Positions 1-10,100 of a stretch of DNA of 64,000 bases are shown here, piece after piece. Within the stretch, counting starts at the first letter, position 1. Each line of letters starts with the position of its first letter. The DNA lies in sequence record NC_071007.1; one strand, 5' to 3'. A program made the translations under genes and the position numbers. The notes under the pieces were generated by a model. That model was given only the letters and a program-made list of their open reading frames with translations, was not told where the DNA came from and did no database searches.

Positions 1-3000
1 TTGTGGTTCTATTTCATAACCAGTTGGATTATTATACCGACCATATGCGTACAATTCATTACCGATTTGTGTTACAAATAGTTCATCGTATCCGAAGAAC
101 TCCTCAACTCTAGCCTTAACCGGTTTCTTGACCAATGTATTTTTACCATTGACCATAATTACACCACCGACAGGATAAAGAGTAAATCCTTCTGTAGTGC
201 CCATTACACCACCTGTCAAGGTTAAGAAACCATGTTCTCTGGTAAATACACCGTAATTATTAGGTGTCTTTCTAAACGCCCACATTCCTTTAGATAACAT
301 TACAGGACTTTGATAATTGATATGTAATCTGTGCGGAAGTTTGGTTCCATAACAAATTTCTTTATCATAATCTATCTGGTATCCATGTTCAGGATCATAA
401 GGAAAAATGGGATCTACTGAATCTAACTTTGGACCAAAGGTAAAACTTCCTGTCAAGGGATTATGGACAATTTGCAGTTCAATATAGAAGTTATTAAAAG
501 GTGCCACATTAAGCATGACATCATATTTAACTTGGTTCAACGCATCTGACATCTTCATGATATAAACATCTTGGGATTTAAAACTATCGTATCCAAGAAT
601 TGCACCATGGTTAATCTGAAGAGTTGACTTTTTGTTAACATTCATTGTGTTAACAACAATACTACTAGCAATTGATCCCTGCGGTTTAATCGTTTTGCGG
701 CCAGTTCCGTCAGTATGAACATAACAGTTTTTGATGATCCCGTAATAACAATCTTTTTCATTTGTAGGGTAATCGCCATGACCAACACACTGGTTCATCC
801 AAAATAAAGTTGATTTAAAGAAAAAGAATGTTTTATGCTGTTTAAACCATCCGCCGGCATTTTTACTAATCCAATTTAAAATATCTTCATGGATAGAAAC
901 TGGATTGTTAAACGTAATGGGGGTTTCAAGATTATTGGGATCAACTTCATAATTCAGATAGTTAGTGTACCCATTCCCATCATTGAATACCATATTGTTA
1001 ATATTCATAGTGCTAGAAAGATCATCATTTTCAATTAAGAAAGATGGAATATCCTCCATTGAACCGGTTATCCAATTTACGCTATCTGTTTTGGGACCTA
1101 AATAACTACCATAAGGGTTTCCTTGTAAATAACTAGTTCCTGCATCAACAGTTACTAACCCCCACTTATAACGATTACGATAATCGCGACTATAAGTCAA
1201 ATATGTAATCTTTAATTTAGTAGCGACACCAGGATCTGGAACAGGGACAGGATCATCAGTTAAACCATCATACCTTGGCCAACGGTTATTCATTGCAATA
1301 TCAAGAATGGCACGTTCTTGTTCTGTTGCAGTTCCCAATGCAATTTTTACCGGTATGTGCCTTAAATGGTCACCATACATTCCATCATGTTCGATGTTGG
1401 ATTGCGCGACGTAACTGTATTTTGTTGGTTTTGGAAAATAATTATTACCATTATCAATAAAGCTAGTTACTGACGAAATAGAATGGTCGTAACTCCCTAT
1501 GTACTGACGATTATAAAAAGTAAATGTTTTTAAATGTCCGCCAGCAGGATCAAACACACCATCTTGACAAAGAGGGTGTTCAGGCTGTTCTTTGACATGA
1601 GGGGTATAAGCTTTAAACAAGCCAGTGTCGGTTAAATCCCAATTACTATCCAGGGTTTGTTTTGCTTGTTCAAAAACTTGATCAGTAACAATATTTACTG
1701 ACATTTGTTTAGTAGCGTCATTAAAGACAAAATCTAAACGGAAATCAAGATAACCATGCCAGTATTTTGTTTTATCTTTATTAAACCAACCAAAGTAAAT
1801 CCGCATCAGACCTTTATGTCTAATACGCATCTCCCACCCAAACGTTAATTTATTTAATCGCTTAATATCTAATGAATTAAAAAATTCCTCATTTTCTTCA
1901 TCTTGGATATTAAAAAGATTTTTAAATGGAATGACTAAATTTACTTCACCTGTACCGTTAGTATCAACAGCCAGAATTTTAGAATTAACCGGGACTGTTA
2001 TTTGATTAGTTTGGTATTTAATAGGATCTTTGGTGATGAATTCAGCTAATCTATTAGGAGGACCTTCTTGTAAATCCATTGACCACGGATTCAGTTTTAA
2101 ACCTGTTAATGACAGTTTTAAATATGGTACTGACGAACTTTCCCCTGGGTAACTACCTTTATTAATTTTCAAAATAAAATGATAAAGATAGTCTTCTGCA
2201 CTTTCAAATATACCTTCAAAAGGAATTGAGTTTCCTGTTGTTTCTAATACATCAAAAGGAAGAACACTTTTATTAAAAGAACGTAAACAAACTTTATTCC
2301 CTTCCATGTACGAAAATGCAGATCGTCCAAAAAGGTTATCTGAAACTTTCATTACAGTACCCAAACTTCCCGGAGATCTCCAACCTCTTAACTGGGCTGG
2401 CCTAGATCGACGAACATCAATACGTTTAGCGTAGGCACGAACTTTTGTACCGCCACGGGAAGTTTGTACTTCTGGCGCTGTCCCAGATGGGGTAGCTGTG
2501 TATCGACCTAATTCAGGGGATTGATTTAAATTAGGGAAAATATGCATCCCAATTTGTGTTCCAAAGTACCACGCTGTATCCCCAATAAATTGTTTAGGGT
2601 CACTCGGGCTTTGTACTAATTCGCCTTTATAAAAATCATAGTGCCATTGTGGTATTTCACCTAAAATACCGCCTGATGCAATCGGTAATGACCGAGCTGG
2701 GATATAAGACCGAGGATCCACTTTGACACGTTCGTCAATGATTGCTGACAGACCTGCTGGATTGCAATATAAATTTTGAGCAACACCATCGATATGTTGC
2801 TGGATTGTTGCCATGTCCCAGTTATCTTTTTTACCTAATCCAACGGTACTTTTTGTTTCACCATGGACCGGACCAACTTTATTAGTATGTTGCAATAAAT
2901 GTTCATCTATTGAAGCACCCATTTCATCAAGCTTGGTACTAATAACGTTTCTAACTTCCTCGATGATTTCTTCTTGGGTAATCTCAATGACTTCACCTGG

Positions 3001-3210
3001 GGCTGGGATAGGAACTTCAGGATCTGTAATCCCGTCACTTCTGGGCCAAGTATTATTGACAATGACGTCCAAAATAATCCGGTCTTCATCCGAAGATCCA
3101 GAAGACTTTTCTTGTATTTTTCTATCTACTCGGATAAAGGCATCTAAAACCACCCCAATAGGGCTTGTCCGTTCGACAGGAACTAAAGGTTTATCTTTAT
3201 CAATTTTCAT
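1..3210 (-). CDS. Large tail fibre/baseplate-appendage protein, 3'-truncated by the window edge (>=1070 aa); absent from the ORF track
   Basis: Manual translation from ATG at 3210 (MKIDKDKPLVPVERTSPIGVV...) finds no in-frame stop down to base 1. Contains the fibre-type segment PVHGETKSTVGLGKKDNW, similar to the NPH-x-TK-x-GL motif of the two upstream paralogs, followed by a long aromatic/Gly/Asn-rich beta-type region. An in-frame ATG at 3255 lies inside the terminator hairpin and is less likely. Confidence 0.8.
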   Translation of the reverse strand, partial: MKIDKDKPLVPVERTSPIGVVLDAFIRVDRKIQEKSSGSSDEDRIILDVIVNNTWPRSDGITDPEVPIPAPGEVIEITQEEIIEEVRNVISTKLDEMGASIDEHLLQHTNKVGPVHGETKSTVGLGKKDNWDMATIQQHIDGVAQNLYCNPAGLSAIIDERVKVDPRSYIPARSLPIASGGILGEIPQWHYDFYKGELVQSPSDPKQFIGDTAWYFGTQIGMHIFPNLNQSPELGRYTATPSGTAPEVQTSRGGTKVRAYAKRIDVRRSRPAQLRGWRSPGSLGTVMKVSDNLFGRSAFSYMEGNKVCLRSFNKSVLPFDVLETTGNSIPFEGIFESAEDYLYHFILKINKGSYPGESSSVPYLKLSLTGLKLNPWSMDLQEGPPNRLAEFITKDPIKYQTNQITVPVNSKILAVDTNGTGEVNLVIPFKNLFNIQDEENEEFFNSLDIKRLNKLTFGWEMRIRHKGLMRIYFGWFNKDKTKYWHGYLDFRLDFVFNDATKQMSVNIVTDQVFEQAKQTLDSNWDLTDTGLFKAYTPHVKEQPEHPLCQDGVFDPAGGHLKTFTFYNRQYIGSYDHSISSVTSFIDNGNNYFPKPTKYSYVAQSNIEHDGMYGDHLRHIPVKIALGTATEQERAILDIAMNNRWPRYDGLTDDPVPVPDPGVATKLKITYLTYSRDYRNRYKWGLVTVDAGTSYLQGNPYGSYLGPKTDSVNWITGSMEDIPSFLIENDDLSSTMNINNMVFNDGNGYTNYLNYEVDPNNLETPITFNNPVSIHEDILNWISKNAGGWFKQHKTFFFFKSTLFWMNQCVGHGDYPTNEKDCYYGIIKNCYVHTDGTGRKTIKPQGSIASSIVVNTMNVNKKSTLQINHGAILGYDSFKSQDVYIMKMSDALNQVKYDVMLNVAPFNNFYIELQIVHNPLTGSFTFGPKLDSVDPIFPYDPEHGYQIDYDKEICYGTKLPHRLHINYQSPVMLSKGMWAFRKTPNNYGVFTREHGFLTLTGGVMGTTEGFTLYPVGGVIMVNGKNTLVKKPVKARVEEFFGYDELFVTQIGNELYAYGRYNNPTGYEIEPQ

Positions 3211-3229
3211 AAGTTCTTCTCTGTTAAAT

Positions 3230-3261
3230 AAAAAGATGGAAGGTTTCCCTCCCATCTTTTT
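3230..3261 (-). terminator. Intrinsic terminator-like hairpin, GAAA tetraloop
   Basis: Minus strand AAAAAGAUGGGAGG-GAAA-CCUUCCAUCUUUUU, U-rich 3' flank, immediately after the stop at 3267. Confidence 0.75.
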
Positions 3262-3266
3262 ATTAT

Positions 3267-6200
3267 TTAAGCCGGAGGGAGAGGAATAGGTGTATCTGTT
3301 TCACCATCCAGACGAGGCCAAGTATTATTCATCGTGATATCAAGGATTGTCCTATCACGAGTCGGAATATCCCCACCGTAAAGTTCTGATTGTTTAATAA
3401 AACGATATGTCCCATCTTCATTAAGTTTACCAGAAGATACGGGGATACCTGCATCGCGAACTCTTGTTAAAGGGTAACCCGAAATAGCAAATGGTTGGTA
3501 TAGATCAATTGTCACAATACCGTTTTCACCGGTTGTTATTTTTGCAACCAGTAAAGTATGACCATCAGCGTGTTTTAAGGTTTTGGTGAGTTCATAAATA
3601 CCTCTCGAACCAACAGCTGTGCAATATAGATAGAAAACTGTGTTTTTGTATAAATCAGAATACGTTCTTAAATCAAACGTTTTCTTTGTAGCTTTCATGG
3701 TGTAACCGTTAAATGTAACAGTTACGTCACTATTAACAAAAACAGTCCAGTTATCTTGAACAAATATTGCACCTAAGAACGCCAGGTCATTTATAGTAAA
3801 CCCATCTGACCCAACCATCCAATTCGCTAGTGTTGGTTGAACGATATTGGCCGCCGACCCGGTGGCAACAACAGGATAACCGTTTAAAACACCAAGACCA
3901 TCCACTGCTTGAACAGTTGAGTTATACCCAACATAAACATGGTTAGCTGTAAAAAACAACTCCGGTCTTCCATCAGCTCGACGTTTATCATAACGGACAT
4001 TAGGACAATCAACATATCCTGCCGTTATAAAGAAACAACTTGGATATGAATGAATGACAAACTCGTTATTAGTCGTTCCTACATTATAAACTTCAGTTCG
4101 AGGTTTTAATAATGTATTTCCGATATTAGATATACTTGAACTCCAATAACCATTAGTTAAAACGAATGTGTTATCAGTATTACAAACATCAATCCCCGGC
4201 GTGGTATCAACAACTGGGGAATTACCATACCGATCAACACTGGGATAGTACGTTCTTGTTCCTGTAACATTAATAGTTATCTTTTTAAAACCAGTTACGG
4301 GATCAATGCCATTACTTGTCCAGGTAAATGTAATTATAAACCCACGTGTAACGTGTGGATCCTGGGAATAATGATACATGACCAGCATTGTAGAACTATA
4401 AACAGCTGCGCTCTCTGCACCCGCGATTGGACACAAATCAATGGAAACAAATAAATCTGTTATGTCACTGAATCGAGCACCAATATATTGCTTAGGTATA
4501 TCAAGATACTGTTCTTTTGTTAATACAACAATTTCTTCTGGCTTATGTTCAGCAACTAAAACCTTTGTATTTTCGTCATAATTCCATTTCATTGTTATCG
4601 GAAAATACATACGGCCCAAGTCAGGATCAACACTTTTTTGGTCAACGCTTGGTTTAGCAATACTGGGAATGGGATTTGAGTTCCAGTCATTTAATTTAGG
4701 ACGATGTATGTATAAACCTAAGGAATGGGTTGTTGAATACTTATCTCTTTTTTGTGGCCAGTTCCTAATCGGATGAGGTTGCCTTAAGTTTTTAACCACC
4801 CCATATTTGGAATTAGGTTGTCTCCCAAATATTTTCTTACTAATAAATGGTGATTGAAGTTCTGGTCTAAACATGTATTTATTACCATCACCTCCCTCAG
4901 TCATCCTATTGAATCCAATAGTTGTACCTGTTTCTGCGGCAGCCATGAATTGTTCAATTGGTTTTGTCTTAACGCCACCATTATATTCATAAATGTCGCT
5001 GAATACCCTAGGGAACCCTGCGATTCCAAATGGAGTCGGAGGATCATGTCTTACTGACCATGTTGTTAAATCACCTCTATCAGTATATTGAGCTGTAGGG
5101 TTAAAAATGCTTGTGTAATCTTTATCAATATCCCCACTAGTATTTAAATGAAGATTGACATTAAGATAAGGAGGTCCGCCTTCAACAGCAGTAACAGTCC
5201 CGACAGGACCAAACCCAGGTATCCAACTCCAACATGCTCTACTGAATGAGTTATTAAATAATAGAACAATTCCATCATTGTCATTATCGGTTATATAACA
5301 TTTTTCATCAGCTGATAGATTAGTTGTTTTACCAGTTAAAACGTCAAACGTAGGTTTTTTCCATTTTGGATCTATTGTCATAGTTAATGCATTAAAATCC
5401 AAATCGTAATTAATGCAAACAGTAGCCCATGTACTTCCCGTGTTTCCATTGACGTTATAAACCCAATAAAGAGTAGCAACTATTTTTAATTTCGCTATAC
5501 CTTTAACATCTGGATTTTGTAAAATGAAAAAGTTTCTACGACGGTGGGATTGAACAAGTGTACAGGGTTGAGTAAAATTAGATAAATAGCTATTTACAAG
5601 TCCGTTTGATAAGACATACTCACCAACACGTATATTTGGTGAAGATGCTTTTCTTACTCTATCGACTGTGTCATAAGCTAATGAAACCTGCACCGGTGTG
5701 ATTTTTGCTTTATCCGTTGAAGTTAAAGCTGAGACAGGGAATCTAAATATTTTTAAGGTATAGTTAAGGGGACTCCCTACCGGTGGAACAGCTACACCTG
5801 TGGTATCTTGAGATACCCCAAAGAAATAAACCCAATCACCCACTTTTGCGATTGTTAATGCAGCGTAAAAACCAGAATCGGAATCGATTCCAGCTGTCTT
5901 CATTGGAGTGACATCAACTTCAACAAATGAATGCGCGGCAGGGTTTAATGTCCCGTTTGACAAACTAACCATAATGTTCGAGGCGGGAGAGAGCGAGGCA
6001 ATTGCTAGTACATCTCGGCCTGATCCAGAAATAACGTATTCTGGGTTGATTGATTTAGCTGTAAAGTCAGGGTGGGCATAAGGAACATATGTCATTACTA
6101 CATTACTGGAATTGTAACGGTCAAGCATCAACTCCTGATAAATATAATAAAGACCTTTGACCTTTCCATCAAACTGTCTAATTAAACCAACTAACCAACC

Positions 6201-7139
6201 ATTACCTTCCCTAACAAAAACTGAATTCTCATAGTCGCCGCCCAAACCTTGGAATGACCCACTAATCGACGGAGGGAGATATATCCCAGAACCATAATAA
6301 CTAAAAGGGAGTTCATTCTGAAAAAGGTATTCTTCAGAATCTGGTTCTGATTCTGAAATTAATTTAGCTAACCCGGCAGGAGTTGAATAAAGATCTTGCC
6401 TTAACCCTTCACTATCTTGTTGAGGTGAGGCTGTCTGATAGTTTTGGATTTTTTCAATATTAACATCAACCGGTTTAATGCCGTGAGGGTTAACGGTTTT
6501 ACGAGCATGATTCTTTAAAGCATTCCAGCGAAGATTATAGATATAATCTAATTTATCCCAGGAGTCTTTTTCCATTTGGTTTAATAAACCAGATATTTTT
6601 TCGCTTTGTGCTAAAACCCTACTTTTCATTAAAGTAAATAGCTGGAGCATGTTTCCAAAACCAACTATTTCTTCTTTATTACGAACGTCCATTTGATGAC
6701 TGGATGGGTAAAATGTTTTTGGTATCCCTTCTATCTGGGTTTCGTAATCAATTTTACCACCTGTAATTAACGCATTTTCTAAAAGATCAAGTAACTTATT
6801 TCTTGAAATAACTCCAGAACCGACTTTCTGATAAATGACATCAAGTTCTACAGCCGTATTAAGAATATGGTCTTTTAATTCAATATGGAGATAAACTGCT
6901 TTCCCCAGCATTGTTGTTAATTTTGGAACTTGGGTTTCAAAGATATAATCTTGACCTTTATTTAACCTTGTTCCGCCATTATAGATAACTACCCCTTCTT
7001 CATAAAAAGGGCCTTCCGATGGAACGATCCAAGGAATAGGAATATCTGCAACTTTATGTTTTTCCTCAATTTTATAAAGAGGGTTAGTTGCAGTATAATC
7101 TATGTCGATAATTTCAATATCTTTCATAGCAAACCTCAA
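3267..7139 (-). CDS. Tail fibre-like virion protein (1290 aa), paralog of 7192..10830
   Basis: N-terminal ~330 aa align by eye with 7192..10830 (IDYxT-NP, GGKIDYETQIEGIPKTF vs KVHWDNIDNKPLWF, NPHG/NEHG motif, SGSFQGLGG vs DGSFEGLGG, NGTLNPAAH vs NGTLDPSRH). C-termini end with similar IDLYQPFAISG / IVPYNRFSMDG segments. Position resembles the phiKZ gp131-135 fibre cluster. Confidence 0.75.
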   Translation of the reverse strand: MRFAMKDIEIIDIDYTATNPLYKIEEKHKVADIPIPWIVPSEGPFYEEGVVIYNGGTRLNKGQDYIFETQVPKLTTMLGKAVYLHIELKDHILNTAVELDVIYQKVGSGVISRNKLLDLLENALITGGKIDYETQIEGIPKTFYPSSHQMDVRNKEEIVGFGNMLQLFTLMKSRVLAQSEKISGLLNQMEKDSWDKLDYIYNLRWNALKNHARKTVNPHGIKPVDVNIEKIQNYQTASPQQDSEGLRQDLYSTPAGLAKLISESEPDSEEYLFQNELPFSYYGSGIYLPPSISGSFQGLGGDYENSVFVREGNGWLVGLIRQFDGKVKGLYYIYQELMLDRYNSSNVVMTYVPYAHPDFTAKSINPEYVISGSGRDVLAIASLSPASNIMVSLSNGTLNPAAHSFVEVDVTPMKTAGIDSDSGFYAALTIAKVGDWVYFFGVSQDTTGVAVPPVGSPLNYTLKIFRFPVSALTSTDKAKITPVQVSLAYDTVDRVRKASSPNIRVGEYVLSNGLVNSYLSNFTQPCTLVQSHRRRNFFILQNPDVKGIAKLKIVATLYWVYNVNGNTGSTWATVCINYDLDFNALTMTIDPKWKKPTFDVLTGKTTNLSADEKCYITDNDNDGIVLLFNNSFSRACWSWIPGFGPVGTVTAVEGGPPYLNVNLHLNTSGDIDKDYTSIFNPTAQYTDRGDLTTWSVRHDPPTPFGIAGFPRVFSDIYEYNGGVKTKPIEQFMAAAETGTTIGFNRMTEGGDGNKYMFRPELQSPFISKKIFGRQPNSKYGVVKNLRQPHPIRNWPQKRDKYSTTHSLGLYIHRPKLNDWNSNPIPSIAKPSVDQKSVDPDLGRMYFPITMKWNYDENTKVLVAEHKPEEIVVLTKEQYLDIPKQYIGARFSDITDLFVSIDLCPIAGAESAAVYSSTMLVMYHYSQDPHVTRGFIITFTWTSNGIDPVTGFKKITINVTGTRTYYPSVDRYGNSPVVDTTPGIDVCNTDNTFVLTNGYWSSSISNIGNTLLKPRTEVYNVGTTNNEFVIHSYPSCFFITAGYVDCPNVRYDKRRADGRPELFFTANHVYVGYNSTVQAVDGLGVLNGYPVVATGSAANIVQPTLANWMVGSDGFTINDLAFLGAIFVQDNWTVFVNSDVTVTFNGYTMKATKKTFDLRTYSDLYKNTVFYLYCTAVGSRGIYELTKTLKHADGHTLLVAKITTGENGIVTIDLYQPFAISGYPLTRVRDAGIPVSSGKLNEDGTYRFIKQSELYGGDIPTRDRTILDITMNNTWPRLDGETDTPIPLPPA

Positions 7140-7148
7140 AGAAATAAA

Positions 7149-7180
7149 CTGGGAGTATGATCAAAAGATCGTACTCCCAG
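7149..7180. terminator. Intergenic 14-bp hairpin
   Basis: CTGGGAGTATGATC-AAAA-GATCGTACTCCCAG (one non-Watson-Crick pair) between tandem minus-strand genes. Confidence 0.65.
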
Positions 7181-7191
7181 ATGGTTATTAA

Positions 7192-10100
7192 TTATTCAGG
7201 TACAAAGTCAGTAGCCGGATTGAGAATACTTGAAGTATCAGCAACTTCGTAAATACTCCCTCCGGTAGCTAAAATAATAGAACCTTGTCTTGTTTCTCCA
7301 ATGATGGCACCATCCATACTAAACCTGTTGTAAGGAACGATTGTGTTAATTTGAGAAGCTCCACAAATAACGCTAGCTATTAATGAATTAACTGCAGTTT
7401 CTGCGCTCTGAGTAGGAGTAATGAAATAAATGGGTCTCCCGGCACCATATTTTAAATAGACGTAAAATGATTTATTAGCGGGGTTAGAATCAATATCCCG
7501 AATATCCATATAGGTTGCTGGGATATCGTACGCCTTGCCACCAAGAATAACATTTTTCATTGCTTTAAAATAAATAGTAAATGTTGAGCTTAACAAGTTA
7601 CTAAACGTCATGGTGTTGTCAGTTTCATATCCGCTAGAACCAACGCGATCATAGTAATTCCCATTTGCTGGGACGGTGTACTTCCTAGCTATTATTCCAG
7701 CACCTTCTGTCAAGGCTCTATTTTGGGTAGTAGGAACACCCAGTGTTGGACCTGGTGTAATAACACTTATGTTTTCCATAATGACTGAAGGAGCTTTATA
7801 AGCTCTTGCTCTTGAAATAGTAAAGTCATTCGCTATTTCAAGCCCCATTCCGGGCATTAGTGTATCACCAATAACACCATAGCGATGTAAAGATCTACAC
7901 TGTGCAAATATCCCGCCAGTGTTAACCAACACTCCACTACTGTTTGCTACGTTCCAACTTTGGAAATTAACGGCACTATGAGAGGTGAGTTGGTTAGGGA
8001 ACCCAAGAACTTCTGTATCAGTATAGGCAGTGTCATGGAAGAGTACTTTTGAAATAAAGTTTTTCAAAAATGTAATATTGACGTCGGAGTAATACTGGTA
8101 ACCATCTACCGTAGTTGGTGTTCCTATCGGAACAATTTTAACAGGAGCCGCTGACATATAAATGGAACTAATATTGTTGCCGGCCGCCTCTTTCCAACTA
8201 ACTAAAAGAATAAAGAATTCTTCATTGGTAGTGGTCCATGCTCTCGTCAATGTCCAGCTTTTACTGACATCCTTTCCAGTGACACCAATTTTGGCTAATT
8301 CAATCGATAATTGCCGATTCATAGCCTGCTTTAACTGATACACAACTTTAGGAATAATTTTAATTTCTTTCCCAACAATCCGTATATCATTTTCGTAGCA
8401 AAGCAACCCGTCACCGATATCGGAAGGTGACCCTAACAAAGTAGAACATGCATCAGCACCTAAGAATTTCCTAAAGGTATTATTTCTCCCTGCAACAACT
8501 CCTGGCATCGCTGCTTGTGTAATAACACATTGCGGACCCAAGTTTAAATCATAACTTTGATTTAAAAGAGGATAATGTTTTACAGGTGTTACTCCAAAAG
8601 TCATAGTTAATAAATTATTAGTTCGAGTACTCCAATCTGCATTTAAGAAATTGGTTGCCCTCGCTATCCATTTTGAAGTCCCTTTAGTTAATCTTTCATC
8701 AAGGTCAGTAACAGATTGCCTTACAATGACAACTGACGTAGTTGGATCTCTATCGTCAGCTACACCACACCATGGATTAAAGTTACCAGCAGAAAACCCT
8801 AATGGGTTTTTCTCATCAATCGTGATGTCATCCAATATTTTAAAATTAATTGGATCTTCTTTATCGATCATTGTTTCTGCTGTTTTATAAATCCCATTTT
8901 TAAATAATCTCCCTACCAAAGGAACCGTCGGAGAGATAATGGGAGAAACTTCCAAACGAAGATCATCGCTAAGAAAAACACTTCCGGCATTGTCTTGGGC
9001 TGTAAAGACAAATTGGGGTATCTTGTAATTTTTGAAATCTTCATAATCCGGTGACAATGTAATGTTTTCAGGATTAATGGTGTATAACTTTTCTCCTGGA
9101 CCACGTTCAATTTTAACTGTGGGAGTTGTTCCATTAATCGGTTGGAACAGACCTTTCCAGACAACAGTTAATAACTGAGATAAATTACTTCCATCAGTAA
9201 CCCAGAAACAACTCTGTTCCACCATCACTCCCCAGTTTCCATTTGTATGTTTTTTCATAAACACATGAGGAGAGCGATATTGCCAGAAACTGTAAAGAGG
9301 TTTAGTCGGTAAAAATGCTGCACGTACAATTTTGTTATTATTGTCATATTTTCTAATGTACGGGGTAAAAACTTGATCGTTCATTTTACCATCGTCAGTT
9401 TCAAAATCAATATTAGCAAGCTTATAAGTGCCGTCTTGGTAAATATTGGTAAAAACTAACCAACCATCAAGTGAAGTATCGCTTGTAGGGGAAATAATAA
9501 AACTTGGACGAAGTGTTTTTATTAACGCAGCCCCTGCCCCCATAACAATACAGTTAAACTCTCGGTGATTTCTATCCGCACAAACTTGAGCTAATCGCCA
9601 GTTGGAGCTATAATTTAACCAATCGCCGGTAATACGCTTAAGAATGTGTCTGGAAGGATCTAACGTCCCATTGGTTTCTGCCCAATACCAAATATTTTTA
9701 TCCTCATCACCTACTATGAGAATATTTGGACCTGAACCGTTTATGACCGCATTTAAATTTGCACCATCTGCTGTTGCAGTGGGATGGCTATAACGATAAC
9801 CGGTATTCTCCCAAATAGGACGACCTTCACCCCAACGCTGACATTTAATAAAATAAAGTCCTTTTATTCGACCATTGTTTCTACGTTGTAAAACAAGTAA
9901 ATCGCCGTTGGATTCTATTGTCGCAGCACAACGATGAATGGTTCCACCTAGGCCTTCAAAAGACCCATCAATTTTAGGCGGTATAAAGGAATCAGACCCA
10001 TATCTAAGAATAGGTAATGCACCCGCTGGGAATAGACGCTCATTACGACCCGCTGCTAATTCTGCGGCTTTTGTGGCGTTATAAGGTGTAATATGTAAAT

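Noticed and set aside
2813-3289. 158-aa plus-strand ORF and 60-aa minus-strand ORF in the apparent gap at the window start
   Set aside because: The gap is filled by a real >=1070-codon minus-strand ORF that the track missed because it has no stop inside the window.
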